Positions 36,618-46,180 of a stretch of DNA of 64,000 nucleotides are shown piece after piece (position 1 is the stretch's first letter; each line of letters starts with the position of its first letter). The notes under the pieces are model-generated. The model was not told the origin of the DNA and ran no database searches. It saw only the letters and a list, made by a program, of their open reading frames with translations. The position numbers and the translations under genes were made by a program. The stretch covers positions 4,012 through 68,011 of the forward strand of contig JAKEIC010000342.1 of assembly GCA_022614695.1 (NCBI GenBank), written 5' to 3'. This stretch comes from Planctomycetales bacterium (GTDB taxonomy: Bacteria; Planctomycetota; JAKEIC01).

Positions 36618-38141
36618 TTGGGCCGACGCGGCGACCGCGTGGCCGGGCCGGCGCTCGCCCTCCTGCTCGTGGGCTCGGCCTCGCGCGCGGAGGATCCGGG
36701 CGGCGTCCCCGCCCGCATCGTCCTCGCGGGCGGCGAGACCCTCGCCGTCCGGTTCCACGGGGCCACGGGGGACGGGGGGCTCCGGTACTCAAGGCCGGAC
36801 GATCGGGGCGGCGGGGGGGAGACCTTCTGGGAGGAGGTGGCCTGGCTGCGGCTGGGGGACTCGCCGCCGGTCGCCGACCCTCTCGTCGCCGTGGCCGCCC
36901 TCCGCGTCCTCCTGCGGGACGGGACGGTCCTCGCGGCGCTCCGGGTCGAGGGCGAGGGGGAGGGCGGGGCGCTGCGCCTCGATGAGCCGGACCTCGGGCC
37001 GATCCGGCTCCCCGCCGAGTCCGTCGTGTGGATCCGGCTCGGGGAGGGGCCTCTGCCCCCTCGGCCGAAGGGCTTGGGACGGGTCGCCGCGCCGATCCTG
37101 CCCGCGAGCGGAGTGAAGCTCGCCGTGGGCGCCGCGATCTTCTACCCCCCCTCCCCCCCCGTCCCTCGGGCCCGCGCGACCGCCTTCTGGGCGAAGCTTC
37201 GGGGAGGCTCGGCGCTCCGGACCGCCGCGCCGCGGGACGCGAGGCCGGGCGTCGCGGAGATGCGTACGCCGCTCCTCGGTCTGCGTCAGGTCCCCTGGTC
37301 CCGGGTGAGCGAGGTCCGGGCCGTCCCGCCGCGGGCGACCGACCGGGTGCTCGCGGTGGAGTTCGGCCGCGGGCTCGCGAGGGAATTCGGCCCGACGCGT
37401 GAGCCCGAGTGGAGCGCGGGCGTGCAGGGCCTCCTCCTCGACGCCGAGGTCCTGCCCGAGGGAGGGCTTCTTCTCACCGACCGCGCGGGGGGCCGGGTGA
37501 TCGAGGTCTCGGCGTTGGGCGACGAGGTCTGGGCGATCGAGGCGGAGGACCCCGTCTCCGCGACGAGGTTCCCCGGGGGAAACACTGCGGTCACCCGGTT
37601 CCGCCTCGGGGGGGAGCAGAACCCGGTCCCGCTCAGCGGGGCCGTGACCGAGGTCACGCCGGCCGGGGAGTCGGTCTGGTCGCTCGAACGGCTGGATTGC
37701 CCCACCGAGGCCGACCTCCTTCCCGGCGGGGAGATGCTGGTCTGCGAGACGGCCTGGGACTCGGGAGATCCGGCGCGGAAGCGGGTCACGATCCGGGCCC
37801 GGGACGGCTCGATCCTCTCCCGGTGGGGAGGGTTCCGGTATCCCGCCGACGCCGAGGCGCTGCCCGATGGCGGGGTGGTCGTCGCGGACAGGGACGACCC
37901 GCGGGTCGTGTTCCTCGACCGCGACGGGACCGTCCGCCGCACGATCGGGGGGCCCGGTGCGAGGGTCCCGCTCTCGCTTCCCTTCGACGTGGACCTCCTC
38001 GCCGACGGCTCCGTCCTGATCGCGGACTCGGCCCGCGGGCCCGGAGGCGGGACCGGGCGGGTGCTGCGGGTGAGTCCGGACGACCGGGTGCTCTGGTCCC
38101 TATCCGGCCTTGCCGACCCTATCGAGGTGGAGGCGCGATAG
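36618..38141 (+). CDS. secreted NHL/SMP30-like beta-propeller protein
   Basis: TTG 36618 gives signal peptide MGRRGDRVAGPALALLLVGSASRA-ED. C-terminal repeated DGxVxVAD / SVLIADS blades. Tail of artefact ORF 34350..38141. Confidence 0.55.
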   Translation: MGRRGDRVAGPALALLLVGSASRAEDPGGVPARIVLAGGETLAVRFHGATGDGGLRYSRPDDRGGGGETFWEEVAWLRLGDSPPVADPLVAVAALRVLLRDGTVLAALRVEGEGEGGALRLDEPDLGPIRLPAESVVWIRLGEGPLPPRPKGLGRVAAPILPASGVKLAVGAAIFYPPSPPVPRARATAFWAKLRGGSALRTAAPRDARPGVAEMRTPLLGLRQVPWSRVSEVRAVPPRATDRVLAVEFGRGLAREFGPTREPEWSAGVQGLLLDAEVLPEGGLLLTDRAGGRVIEVSALGDEVWAIEAEDPVSATRFPGGNTAVTRFRLGGEQNPVPLSGAVTEVTPAGESVWSLERLDCPTEADLLPGGEMLVCETAWDSGDPARKRVTIRARDGSILSRWGGFRYPADAEALPDGGVVVADRDDPRVVFLDRDGTVRRTIGGPGARVPLSLPFDVDLLADGSVLIADSARGPGGGTGRVLRVSPDDRVLWSLSGLADPIEVEAR

Positions 38142-38159
38142 GAAATCACATGTGCGCAA

Positions 38160-38187
38160 TTGACCCTCCCGGCGCCGCTACGATAAT
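38160..38187 (+). promoter_or_regulatory. putative sigma70-type promoter for the giant DUF4388/MshEN gene
   Basis: TTGACC-N16-GATAAT in a locally AT-richer spacer. GGGAGG SD 15 nt before ATG 38214. Confidence 0.3.
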
Positions 38188-38213
38188 AGCCTCGGGAGGT
38201 TAGCGCCCGAACC

Positions 38214-41200
38214 ATGCCGCTCCGCGGCGATCTCGCCAGCTTCAGCCTCGCCGAGATATTCCAGTCCCTATCCATGAACCAGTCCTCCGGCACCCTCATG
38301 GTGAGCGACGGGGAGAACCGGCGGCTGCTGGTCTTCCGCAACGGCGTCCTCTCCCTCGTCGGCCACGGGCGCGCCTACGTCCCGAAGCTCGGGGAGTTCC
38401 TCCTGCGCAAGAACGTGATCGGGGAGGAGGCCCTCGCGAAGGCCCTCGCCCTCCAGAAGGAGAGCGGGGGGCTCCTCGGCGAGGTGCTGGTCCGCGAGAA
38501 GATCGTCACCGAGAAGCAGATCCGCGAGGCGGTCCGCGAGAAGCTCGAGGAGGAGATCTACGACCTCTTCCTCTGGAAGAACGCCTTCTTCGAGTTCAAG
38601 AAGGACCAGTTCCCGGAGGGCACGGAGGCGGCGGGGGCGGCCCCGGCGGCCGGGGCGGCCGCGCCCGAACGGTCGGAGACCGGCACCGCGCTCACGTTCA
38701 ACACGAGCACGATCCTCATGGAGGCGGTCCGCCGCGTGGACGAGTGGGGGCGGATCACCGAGAGCGTGCCGACCCTCCGGATGATCTTCGTCCCGCGGGC
38801 CGAGGCCGCGCCGGAGCGCCCCGTCGGGGAGTGCCCGATCCCGCCCGCCCGCCTCTGGCCTCTGCTCAAGCGCGAGAACGCCGTCCGGGACCTGATCGAG
38901 GCCTGCGCGGTCTCGAAGTTCGACGTCTGCAAGAGCCTCGACGCCCTGGTCCGCGTGGAGGAGGTCTCGCCGCTCCCCGCGGGGGACCTGGACCTCGCGT
39001 TCCAGGACGCGCTCCGCGGCTCCCGCTACGACCTCGGGGCGCGCTACATCGAGTACGCGATGGACCTGGGGGGCCAGGCGAGGGACGTCCGCGAACGGAT
39101 GGTGAAGGCATACCTCGGCGAGCGGGGCGTCGGGGCCGCGCCCGACCCGTGCCGGCTGACCGGGACGGTCGAGCGCTTCGACCTCCCGGGCTTCCTCCAC
39201 GCCGTGCTCCTGAGACGCCTCACGGGGACGCTCCGGGTGCGCGACATCGAGAGCGAGAGGATCCTCTACGTCTCCCCGGAGGAGGTCATGCTCCTCTCCC
39301 GAGGCCCGCGCGAGACCCCCAAGCTCGGGCAGGTGCTCCTGCGCGCGGAGAAGCTCACGCCCACCGACCTGGACCGGGCGCTGACGGTGCAGCGCGAGGA
39401 CCCCCGTCGGCTCGGCGAGATCCTCGTGGACCGCGGGGTCCTCCGGACCGAGGAGGTCGAGGAGGCCGTCCTCACGAAGGCGGTCCAGGAGCTCTTCGAC
39501 CTGTTCCTCTGGCGGAACGCCTACTTCGAGTTCACCACCCGGACCCGGGCCGAGGAGCTCACGGCGCCCGGGGCGAGGCCCGTCCGGCTCGCCCTCTCGG
39601 GGGGGACGCTCAAGGAGCTGGTCGCCCGGATCGTGAGGGCGGGGGACATCCTCGCCAAGGTCTCCTCCTCGCGGGCGATCCTGACGCCCGTCCGCAAGGA
39701 GGGCCGCCACTCCCGGGGCCGCACGACCGAGGAGGACGTGCTCGCGCTCGTGAACGGCGTCCGGACCGTCGGCGACATCTTCCGGCTCACGCCCCGCTCC
39801 TCGGCCGAGGTCTGCGAGGTGCTCTACGCCCTCATGAACCAAGGGGCGGTCCGGCCGCTCACGCTCGCGGAGGCCCGTGAGGCGGCCGAGGCGGCGCTCG
39901 CCGAGGGCCAGGTGGAGATCGGCCTCAAGATGTGCGCCCACGGGCAGGAGCTCGCGCCCGACGACCCGGGGCTCAAGACGATCTTCGAGGAGGCGCAGGC
40001 CCGCCGCCCCGACGCGGGGGAGGCCACGCGCGAGTACCGGCTCGAGGGGGACCTTGAGAGCTTCAGCCTGGCCGAGCTCGTGCAGTCCCTCTACCTGAAC
40101 AAGCACTCGGGCACGTTGCGCGTGAAGGACGGCCGGCGCGAGAAGATCGTCTACTTCGCGCAGGGCACGATCTCGCTCCTCACGCGCGGCCACCAGGAAG
40201 TCTCGCGCCTCGGCGAGATCCTGGTGGACGCCGGGAAGGTCTCCGAGTACGACGTCGAGCGCGCCCTCGAGGAGCAGCAGGGGACGGGCAAGCGCCTCGG
40301 CGAGCTGCTGGTGGAGCGCGGGCTCGCGACCGAGGAGGACATCCAGGAGGCGGTCGAGGAGAAGGTCCGGGACGAGCTGTTCGACGTGTTCCTCTGGCGA
40401 AACGCCACGTTCGAGTTCCTGAAGAACTACTTCCCGGACGAGTTCACGAACCCAGACGCCCCGGTGACGCGCCTCGCGCTCGACACGACGCGCACCCTCA
40501 TGGCGGCCATCTCGCGCATTGAGAAGTGGGAGGAGCTCACGCGGGAGCTCTCGAGCGTGAAGGCGGTCTACCGCCGCACGGGCGTCGCGCCGGGACCCGA
40601 GCTCTCCCGCCGGGCGCGGGTCCTCCTCGAGCCTGTGGACGGGCGGCGGACCGTCGAGGAGCTGCTCGAGGAGTCGCCGGCGGGCCGCTTCGCCGCCGCC
40701 CAGGCTCTCGCGGAGCTCAAGCGCGCGAACCTCGTCCGGCCGCTCGTCCTCGACGAGGTGAACGCCGAGGCCGAGCGGGCGTTCGAGGAGCGCGACTTCG
40801 AACGGTGCGTGAAGTACTACGAGTACGCGCTGCAGCTCGACGAGGGGAACGAGTTCCTCAAGCGCTACATCGCCGAGGCCAAGGGCAACCTCTCGCAGTT
40901 CGACGCGATGCGGGTGCGGATGAAGCCCTTCGACCTCGTGAACCTCTTCCGGACGATCGTCCGGGGGAGCGCCACGGGGACACTCTCGGTGCGGGACGGG
41001 GCGAGCAGCCGGCTCGTCTACCTCGGGCAGGGCGAGGTGGCGTGGCTCGACGAGGGACCGCGGGAGGGGCCGTCGCTCGCCGACGTGCTCCGGCAGGGCG
41101 GGCGCGTGCCGGAGAAGGCGCTGACCCGGGCGGTCGAGTTCCAGAAGCGGACCGGCCGCGACCTCCTCGAGGTGCTCGAGAAGCAGGGGGCGCTCACCCC

Positions 41201-42704
41201 GGAGGCGGGCCAGGAGGCGCGGTCCGAGGCCGCCCGCGCCATGCTCTGGGACCTCTTCTCCTGGCGCGAGGCCTCGATCGAGTTCGAGCGCTCGAGCTAC
41301 CCGCTCCGGCTCGACGAGGCCTCGCTCCCGGTCTCGCGGGCGGCCCTCCCCGTGGCCGACCTCCTCTCCGGGCTCGCCGAGCGGCGCGAGGAGTGGGACC
41401 GCTACCGGAATGCCCTCCCCTCCGAGAGGCTCATCCTCGTCGCCGCCGAGCGCGAGAGGGGGGCGCCGCTGCTCCGCCGCCACAAGGAGAACCCGACGCT
41501 GCCCCTCGTGGACGGCCGGCGGACGGTCGCGCAAGTGGTCCGCGAGTCGGGCCTCTCCGAGTTCGACGCCTTCCGCTCCCTCCACGACCTGGTGACGGGC
41601 CGGGTCGTCCGGGCCCTCACGGCGGAAGAGTCGGTGAAGGCCGCCGAGAACGCCTGGGTCTTCAAGGACCTCCCCGCCTGCGAGGCCTTCTACGAGCACG
41701 CCCTCGAGGTGGACCGCGGCAACGCCGAGGTGCTGCGGAGGCTCGAGCTGCTGCGGCGCGGCCAGGAGACGCAGGTGCGGCGGCGCCTCACCGAGGAGTT
41801 CGGCCGCAACAAGGACCTCTCGGCGATCCTCGAGGCGGTCCGGCGCGACGCGCGATGGGGGACGCTCGAGGCGACCGTGCAGGACTCGGTGCGCTGGGTC
41901 CACTTCGCGGAGGACCGGGTGACTCTACTCTCGCGCGGGAGCCGGCCCGGTCGCCGCCTCGGCGAGATTCTCGTCGAGGCCCTGCGGGCCACCCCCGCCC
42001 AGATCGAGAAGGCGCTGGCCGCGCAGCCCCGGCTCAAGAAGCGCCTCGGGGAGATCCTCGTGCTCCAGGGGGTCCTCGGCGAGCGCGACCTGGTGGCGAT
42101 GGTCCGCGAGAAGATCCTGGAGGACCTCCACGAGCTCTATTCCTGGGAGGACGCCGTCGTGCGCTTCGCCGCGGGGGACCCGCCCGCGGAGATGACGGCG
42201 GCCGGGGCGCCGGTCGCGGCCTGGGAGGGGGACGCGGCGGCCCTGATCGCCGAGGCCCTCGAGCGGGAGAGGACCTGGCCCGACATCGCGACGACCATCC
42301 CCTCGGGGAACGCGATCTTCGGGCGCAAGGACCGGCCGGCGGGCGGCGGGGAGGCGCGCCGAGGGGAGGCCGGAGGGACGGGCGGGGCGAAGAACCCCGT
42401 CCTCGCGCACATCACCGGGCGCCGGTCGGTCGCCGAGGTCTGCGCCCGGGCGGGGGTCCCCCGCTACGAGGCCCTCGCGGCGTTCCTCCGGCTGATCCGG
42501 AACGACGTGATCCGCCCGCTCGAGCCGGAGGAGTGCCGCCGGCGGGGCGAGGAGGCCTACCTCGCGAACGACCTCCCGGCCGCGGCGACGTTCCTCAGGT
42601 TCGCGGTGGAGCTGGACGGTGCCGACGAGCGGGCCCGCAAGCGCCTCGAGCGGATCGAGGCCACCCTCGGCCGGGCGAGGGTCGGTGGGGGAGGGCGGGA
42701 ATGA
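38214..42704 (+). CDS. giant multi-module protein: 5 x (DUF4388 + 2 MshEN-type motifs), putative multivalent c-di-GMP receptor/scaffold
   Basis: GDLASFSLAEIFQSL...GTLMV (DUF4388) recurs five times (LEGDLESFSLAELVQSLYLNKHSGTLRV etc.). Each is followed by two xLGExLVxxGxLxxxxLxxALxxQ motifs (KLGEFLLRKNVIGEEALAKALALQ, RLGEILVDAGKVSEYDVERALEEQ ...). Ten MshEN-like motifs in total. Confidence 0.8.
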   Translation: MPLRGDLASFSLAEIFQSLSMNQSSGTLMVSDGENRRLLVFRNGVLSLVGHGRAYVPKLGEFLLRKNVIGEEALAKALALQKESGGLLGEVLVREKIVTEKQIREAVREKLEEEIYDLFLWKNAFFEFKKDQFPEGTEAAGAAPAAGAAAPERSETGTALTFNTSTILMEAVRRVDEWGRITESVPTLRMIFVPRAEAAPERPVGECPIPPARLWPLLKRENAVRDLIEACAVSKFDVCKSLDALVRVEEVSPLPAGDLDLAFQDALRGSRYDLGARYIEYAMDLGGQARDVRERMVKAYLGERGVGAAPDPCRLTGTVERFDLPGFLHAVLLRRLTGTLRVRDIESERILYVSPEEVMLLSRGPRETPKLGQVLLRAEKLTPTDLDRALTVQREDPRRLGEILVDRGVLRTEEVEEAVLTKAVQELFDLFLWRNAYFEFTTRTRAEELTAPGARPVRLALSGGTLKELVARIVRAGDILAKVSSSRAILTPVRKEGRHSRGRTTEEDVLALVNGVRTVGDIFRLTPRSSAEVCEVLYALMNQGAVRPLTLAEAREAAEAALAEGQVEIGLKMCAHGQELAPDDPGLKTIFEEAQARRPDAGEATREYRLEGDLESFSLAELVQSLYLNKHSGTLRVKDGRREKIVYFAQGTISLLTRGHQEVSRLGEILVDAGKVSEYDVERALEEQQGTGKRLGELLVERGLATEEDIQEAVEEKVRDELFDVFLWRNATFEFLKNYFPDEFTNPDAPVTRLALDTTRTLMAAISRIEKWEELTRELSSVKAVYRRTGVAPGPELSRRARVLLEPVDGRRTVEELLEESPAGRFAAAQALAELKRANLVRPLVLDEVNAEAERAFEERDFERCVKYYEYALQLDEGNEFLKRYIAEAKGNLSQFDAMRVRMKPFDLVNLFRTIVRGSATGTLSVRDGASSRLVYLGQGEVAWLDEGPREGPSLADVLRQGGRVPEKALTRAVEFQKRTGRDLLEVLEKQGALTPEAGQEARSEAARAMLWDLFSWREASIEFERSSYPLRLDEASLPVSRAALPVADLLSGLAERREEWDRYRNALPSERLILVAAERERGAPLLRRHKENPTLPLVDGRRTVAQVVRESGLSEFDAFRSLHDLVTGRVVRALTAEESVKAAENAWVFKDLPACEAFYEHALEVDRGNAEVLRRLELLRRGQETQVRRRLTEEFGRNKDLSAILEAVRRDARWGTLEATVQDSVRWVHFAEDRVTLLSRGSRPGRRLGEILVEALRATPAQIEKALAAQPRLKKRLGEILVLQGVLGERDLVAMVREKILEDLHELYSWEDAVVRFAAGDPPAEMTAAGAPVAAWEGDAAALIAEALERERTWPDIATTIPSGNAIFGRKDRPAGGGEARRGEAGGTGGAKNPVLAHITGRRSVAEVCARAGVPRYEALAAFLRLIRNDVIRPLEPEECRRRGEEAYLANDLPAAATFLRFAVELDGADERARKRLERIEATLGRARVGGGGRE

Positions 42705-42913
42705 GGGTGCGCGTGCCGAGCGTGTGGAGAGCCCCCGGGTCCGGTGGTAGACTCCCGCCCCCCCGCGGGGCGAGTGCGGGGAGGTGACGCATCGCCGATC
42801 GCGAGACATTCTCCCGGCGCGCGACGGACCGGCTGCGGGCGCTCGCCCGCTCCATCCAGCAGAAGGAGGAGGTCGAGCACTCCTTCGCGGCCACCCGGCG
42901 CAAGCAGTTCAAG

Positions 42914-43609
42914 ATGCTCCCGGACCCGCCGCAGGTCCCGGGCTACGACTTCGCCTGCTACTATAACCCGGCCGCGACGCTCTCCGGCGACTTCTTCGAT
43001 TTCATCCCGGTCTCCGAGCACGAGCTCGGGATCGTCGTGGGGGACGTGACGGGTCACGGGCTCGAAGCGGCGTTCATCATGGCGGCCGCGAAGAAGGCCA
43101 TCAGCATCCTCGGCCAGGGGAAGTCCTCCCCGCGCGAGGTGCTGGCCGCGGCGAACGAGAACCTCCACGCGGACTTGGATGAGATGACGTTCGTCTCGGT
43201 CTTCTACGGGATCCTCGACCGGAGGACGAAGGTCCTCTCGCACGTCCGCGCGGGCCACAACCCGACGATCCTCCTCAACCCGGACCGGCCGAAGCCGGTG
43301 GAGGAGCTGCGGCCCCGCGGGATCGTGGTCGGGATGCAAAGGGGGGAGTCGTTCCTGAAGTGCACCGAGGAGGTGAAGACGCCTCTACAGGTGGGCGACA
43401 CCGTCGTCCTGTACACCGACGGGATCATCGAGGCCAAGAACGCCGCCGGCGTCGAGTACGGCAAGGAGCGGATGATCCGCCTCCTGCAGGAGCACGGCCG
43501 CAAGAGGATGGCCGAGACCTTCGGCGCCTCGATCGAGGACTTCGCCTCCTTCCTCGACGGGGCCGAGCAGGAGGACGACATCACGCTGGTCGGGTTCCGG
43601 GTCCTGTGA
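42914..43609 (+). CDS. PP2C-family (SpoIIE/PPM) Ser/Thr phosphatase
   Basis: SGDFFDF...GDVTGHGLEAAFIMAAA...YTDGIIEA...DDITLVGFRV. 231 aa. Confidence 0.8.
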   Translation: MLPDPPQVPGYDFACYYNPAATLSGDFFDFIPVSEHELGIVVGDVTGHGLEAAFIMAAAKKAISILGQGKSSPREVLAAANENLHADLDEMTFVSVFYGILDRRTKVLSHVRAGHNPTILLNPDRPKPVEELRPRGIVVGMQRGESFLKCTEEVKTPLQVGDTVVLYTDGIIEAKNAAGVEYGKERMIRLLQEHGRKRMAETFGASIEDFASFLDGAEQEDDITLVGFRVL

Positions 43610-43635
43610 TCCCGCCTGCCGCGGCCTCTCCTCCG

Positions 43636-44313
43636 ATGGACCGGGGCCCCGAGCCTGCGCCGCGCCCCCGCTCGCCGACCGGCGCCGCCCGCGAGGGAGT
43701 GATCGGGGAGCTGGGACACCACCTCCCCTACTCGGTCTTCGGCGTCCTCCTCGCGCTCGTACTCGTCGGGGCGCTCGACGGGCTGGGGCTGCTCACGGCG
43801 GCCCGCAACGAGGCGCTCTTCCACCTCCTGCACCCCGCCCACCTCCTGCTCTCGGCCACGGCCACCACGGCCATGGTCGGACTCTACGGGGGCCGGCCCG
43901 CGTGGGCGGTGCTCTGGGGACTCCTCGGGAGCGCCCCGGTCTGCACCATGAGCGACATCCTGATCCCCTACGTCGGGGGGCTCGCCATCGGCCAGGACAT
44001 GCACATCCACGTCTGCCTCCTCGAGGAGCCGGTGCTCATCACTCCCTTCGTCGCCCTCGGCGTCGCGACGGGCCTCGTGGCCCCGAGGTTCGTGGACCGG
44101 ACGACCCGCTACTCGCACGGGGCCCACGTCTTCGTCTCGGCGCTCGCGAGCCTCCTCTACCTCGTCTCGTTCGGCTTCACGCTCTCGGCCCTGACCGTGG
44201 GACCGGTGCTCCTGCTCCTCGTGGTCGCGGTGATGGGCCCGTGTTGCGTCTCCGACATCGTGATCCCCGTGGCCGTGGTCCACGCCCCGGCCGAAGAACG
44301 CCACCGGCACTGA
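43636..44313 (+). CDS. hypothetical polytopic membrane protein (His/Cys-rich loops)
   Basis: ATG 43636 within ORF 43360..44313. About 6 TM helices. HLLHPAHLL, HIHVCLLEEP, GPCCVSD motifs. Confidence 0.5.
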   Translation: MDRGPEPAPRPRSPTGAAREGVIGELGHHLPYSVFGVLLALVLVGALDGLGLLTAARNEALFHLLHPAHLLLSATATTAMVGLYGGRPAWAVLWGLLGSAPVCTMSDILIPYVGGLAIGQDMHIHVCLLEEPVLITPFVALGVATGLVAPRFVDRTTRYSHGAHVFVSALASLLYLVSFGFTLSALTVGPVLLLLVVAVMGPCCVSDIVIPVAVVHAPAEERHRH

Positions 44314-44339
44314 GTCGGCGAGGTAGAATCGCGCCGTCC

Positions 44340-45551
44340 ATGACCCGATCCCGTTGGGCGGCGGCGCTCTCTCTCGTCCTCGCGGCGACGTGGGCTCCCG
44401 CGCAGGACCCGAACCCCTCCGCGGACTCCGGGGGCGGCGAGACGCCGGAGGCCTACGTCGCCCGGCGGGAGAAGGAGCTCAAGGCCGACGATCTCTGGGG
44501 CCACCTCGAGCTCGCCGACCTGGCGCGCTCGACGGGGCAGGCCGAGGCGGGCGCCCGGCACGCGAAGGTCGTCCTCGAGCTCTCCGGGGGCAAGAACGCG
44601 CTCGCGCACGAGATCCTCGGCGAGGTGTTCCACCAGGGGAAGTGGATCACCCCGGAGGGGGCCAAGGCCGCCGGGCTCGTCGAGTACCACGGCGAGTGGC
44701 TCACGAAGGAGGACTACGCCGAGCACGTCCGTCGCAGCGACTGGGGCAAGGCCTGGAGGATCGAGCGGGCGGGGGTGGACCTCGACACCAACACCTCGCG
44801 CTCGAAGTCCGAGAAGTACTTCAAGGTCTTCATGGACTTCAAGCGCGAGATGGAGGCGACGTTTCACGTGGAGCTCACCTCCAAGTACCACGTGAACGTC
44901 TACGCGACGAAGTCCGAGTACCACACGATCTCGGGCGGCCCCCCGGGGACGGGCGGCTTCTACAGCCCCGGGGGACGAGACTTCCACTTCTTCGACGACC
45001 CCGACTTCTTCCAGGCCCGCCGGATCTTCTTCCACGAGGGGACGCATATGTTCGTGAACCTCACGAACAACAACAAGGCGTTCCACTACCCGAACTGGCT
45101 GAACGAGGGGATGGCCGAGTACTTCGGAGGGAGCAAGCTCGACTACAAGACCGGCCGCTACAGCTTCGGCCACGTGCTGAACGACCGGCTCGAGAAGATC
45201 CAGAAGATGGTGACCGCGGGCTCGCACTCGCCGCTCCCGAAGTTCCTGGCGCAGGAGGGGCTCGCGGGCGCCTACGACCAGGGCTGGTCCATCGTCCTCT
45301 TCCTCCAGAAGCGCGACGGGGGGAAGTGGGGCCTCCAGTTCGGGGCGTTCCTCAAGGCGCTCCGCGACTCGCGCCAGGCCATGAACCCGCTCAAGCGGGG
45401 CCCGGAGACGGTCGCCACGTTCAAGAAATTCTTCCTGCGCCCCGGGCAAGACCTCGCCGACTTCGAGAAGGAGTGGATCGAGTTCGTGAAGGGGCTCAAG
45501 CCGGAGCCGGGGGCGCCGGACTTCCGCAAGATGAAGTCCATGCACGGGTGA
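44340..45551 (+). CDS. secreted HExxH-motif protein (putative zinc metallopeptidase, DUF1570-like)
   Basis: Signal peptide MTRSRWAAALSLVLAATWAPAQD. FFHEGTHMFVN (HExxH), NEGMAEYF. 403 aa. Confidence 0.55.
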   Translation: MTRSRWAAALSLVLAATWAPAQDPNPSADSGGGETPEAYVARREKELKADDLWGHLELADLARSTGQAEAGARHAKVVLELSGGKNALAHEILGEVFHQGKWITPEGAKAAGLVEYHGEWLTKEDYAEHVRRSDWGKAWRIERAGVDLDTNTSRSKSEKYFKVFMDFKREMEATFHVELTSKYHVNVYATKSEYHTISGGPPGTGGFYSPGGRDFHFFDDPDFFQARRIFFHEGTHMFVNLTNNNKAFHYPNWLNEGMAEYFGGSKLDYKTGRYSFGHVLNDRLEKIQKMVTAGSHSPLPKFLAQEGLAGAYDQGWSIVLFLQKRDGGKWGLQFGAFLKALRDSRQAMNPLKRGPETVATFKKFFLRPGQDLADFEKEWIEFVKGLKPEPGAPDFRKMKSMHG

Positions 45552-45808
45552 GGATCCACCTCTCCTCGCACCTCCGGGACTACACCGGCGGCAAGGCGAC
45601 GGTCGAGGCCGGCGGGAAGACCCTCTCGGACGTCGTGGACGCGCTCGAGGCGCGGTTCCCCGGGCTCCGGTTCCGGATCGTGGACGAGCAGGGCGGGATC
45701 CGGCCGCACATCCGCTTCTTCGTCGGGGAGGAGGCCGCGCCCGACCTCTCGGTCCCCGTCCCGCCTGGGGCGGAGGTCCACATCCTGGGGGCGTTGTCGG
45801 GGGGGTGA
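45548..45808 (+). CDS. MoaD/ThiS-family ubiquitin-like sulfur-carrier protein (C-terminal Gly-Gly)
   Basis: 86 aa, ...EVHILGALSGG*. GTG 45548 overlaps the upstream stop (GTGA). Confidence 0.65.
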   Translation: MRIHLSSHLRDYTGGKATVEAGGKTLSDVVDALEARFPGLRFRIVDEQGGIRPHIRFFVGEEAAPDLSVPVPPGAEVHILGALSGG

Positions 45809-45880
45809 CCCCGGAAGGCCCTCGGCGGGGAGGGGGTCCGGGGGAGGCGAAGCCTCCCCTGGCGTTCGGGAACGCCTTGT

Positions 45881-46180
45881 CTACCCCTGCGGCGGCGGGC
45901 CCCCCACGACGTCGTAGTGCTCCCGGAACCAGGACTCGGCGGTCCGGAACGCCTCGTCCTCGGAGGGGCCGATCCAGAACATCTCGGTCCGGGCGGGGGA
46001 GCCGAGCCCCGGCCAGCGCGCCGCGTCCTTCACGTCCGGGGGGAACCGGACCGAGACGACCCAGCGGGTCGTCCGCTCGTGCGCGGAGAGGATGACCGTC
46101 GTCTCGAGCGCGGGCTTCACCCCGCGGACCCGGATCGTGACGCGCCTTTCGCCCACGACGGCAGTGTACCTCGAGGTCAC
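45881..46180 (-). CDS. hypothetical 99-aa protein
   Basis: GTG 46180 overlaps the stop of the upstream TPR gene (GTGA). C-terminal tail of artefact ORF 45881..48010. No recognised domain. Confidence 0.35.
   Translation of the reverse strand: MTSRYTAVVGERRVTIRVRGVKPALETTVILSAHERTTRWVVSVRFPPDVKDAARWPGLGSPARTEMFWIGPSEDEAFRTAESWFREHYDVVGGPPPQG

Noticed and set aside
33901-42809. 963-aa and 1211-aa minus ORFs (33901..36792, 38268..41903), plus ORFs 34350..36617, 35708..36766(-), 38744..39880, 40526..42787, 41925..42809(-)
   Set aside because: Antisense or alternate-frame artefacts of the kinase and giant DUF4388/MshEN genes. Only the last 507 codons of 34350..38141 (secreted propeller) were kept.
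43204-45808. Minus ORFs 43204..44310 and 44157..45545, plus ORF 44354..45808 upstream part, 43902..44339
   Set aside because: Antisense or off-frame to the membrane, HExxH and MoaD-like genes.
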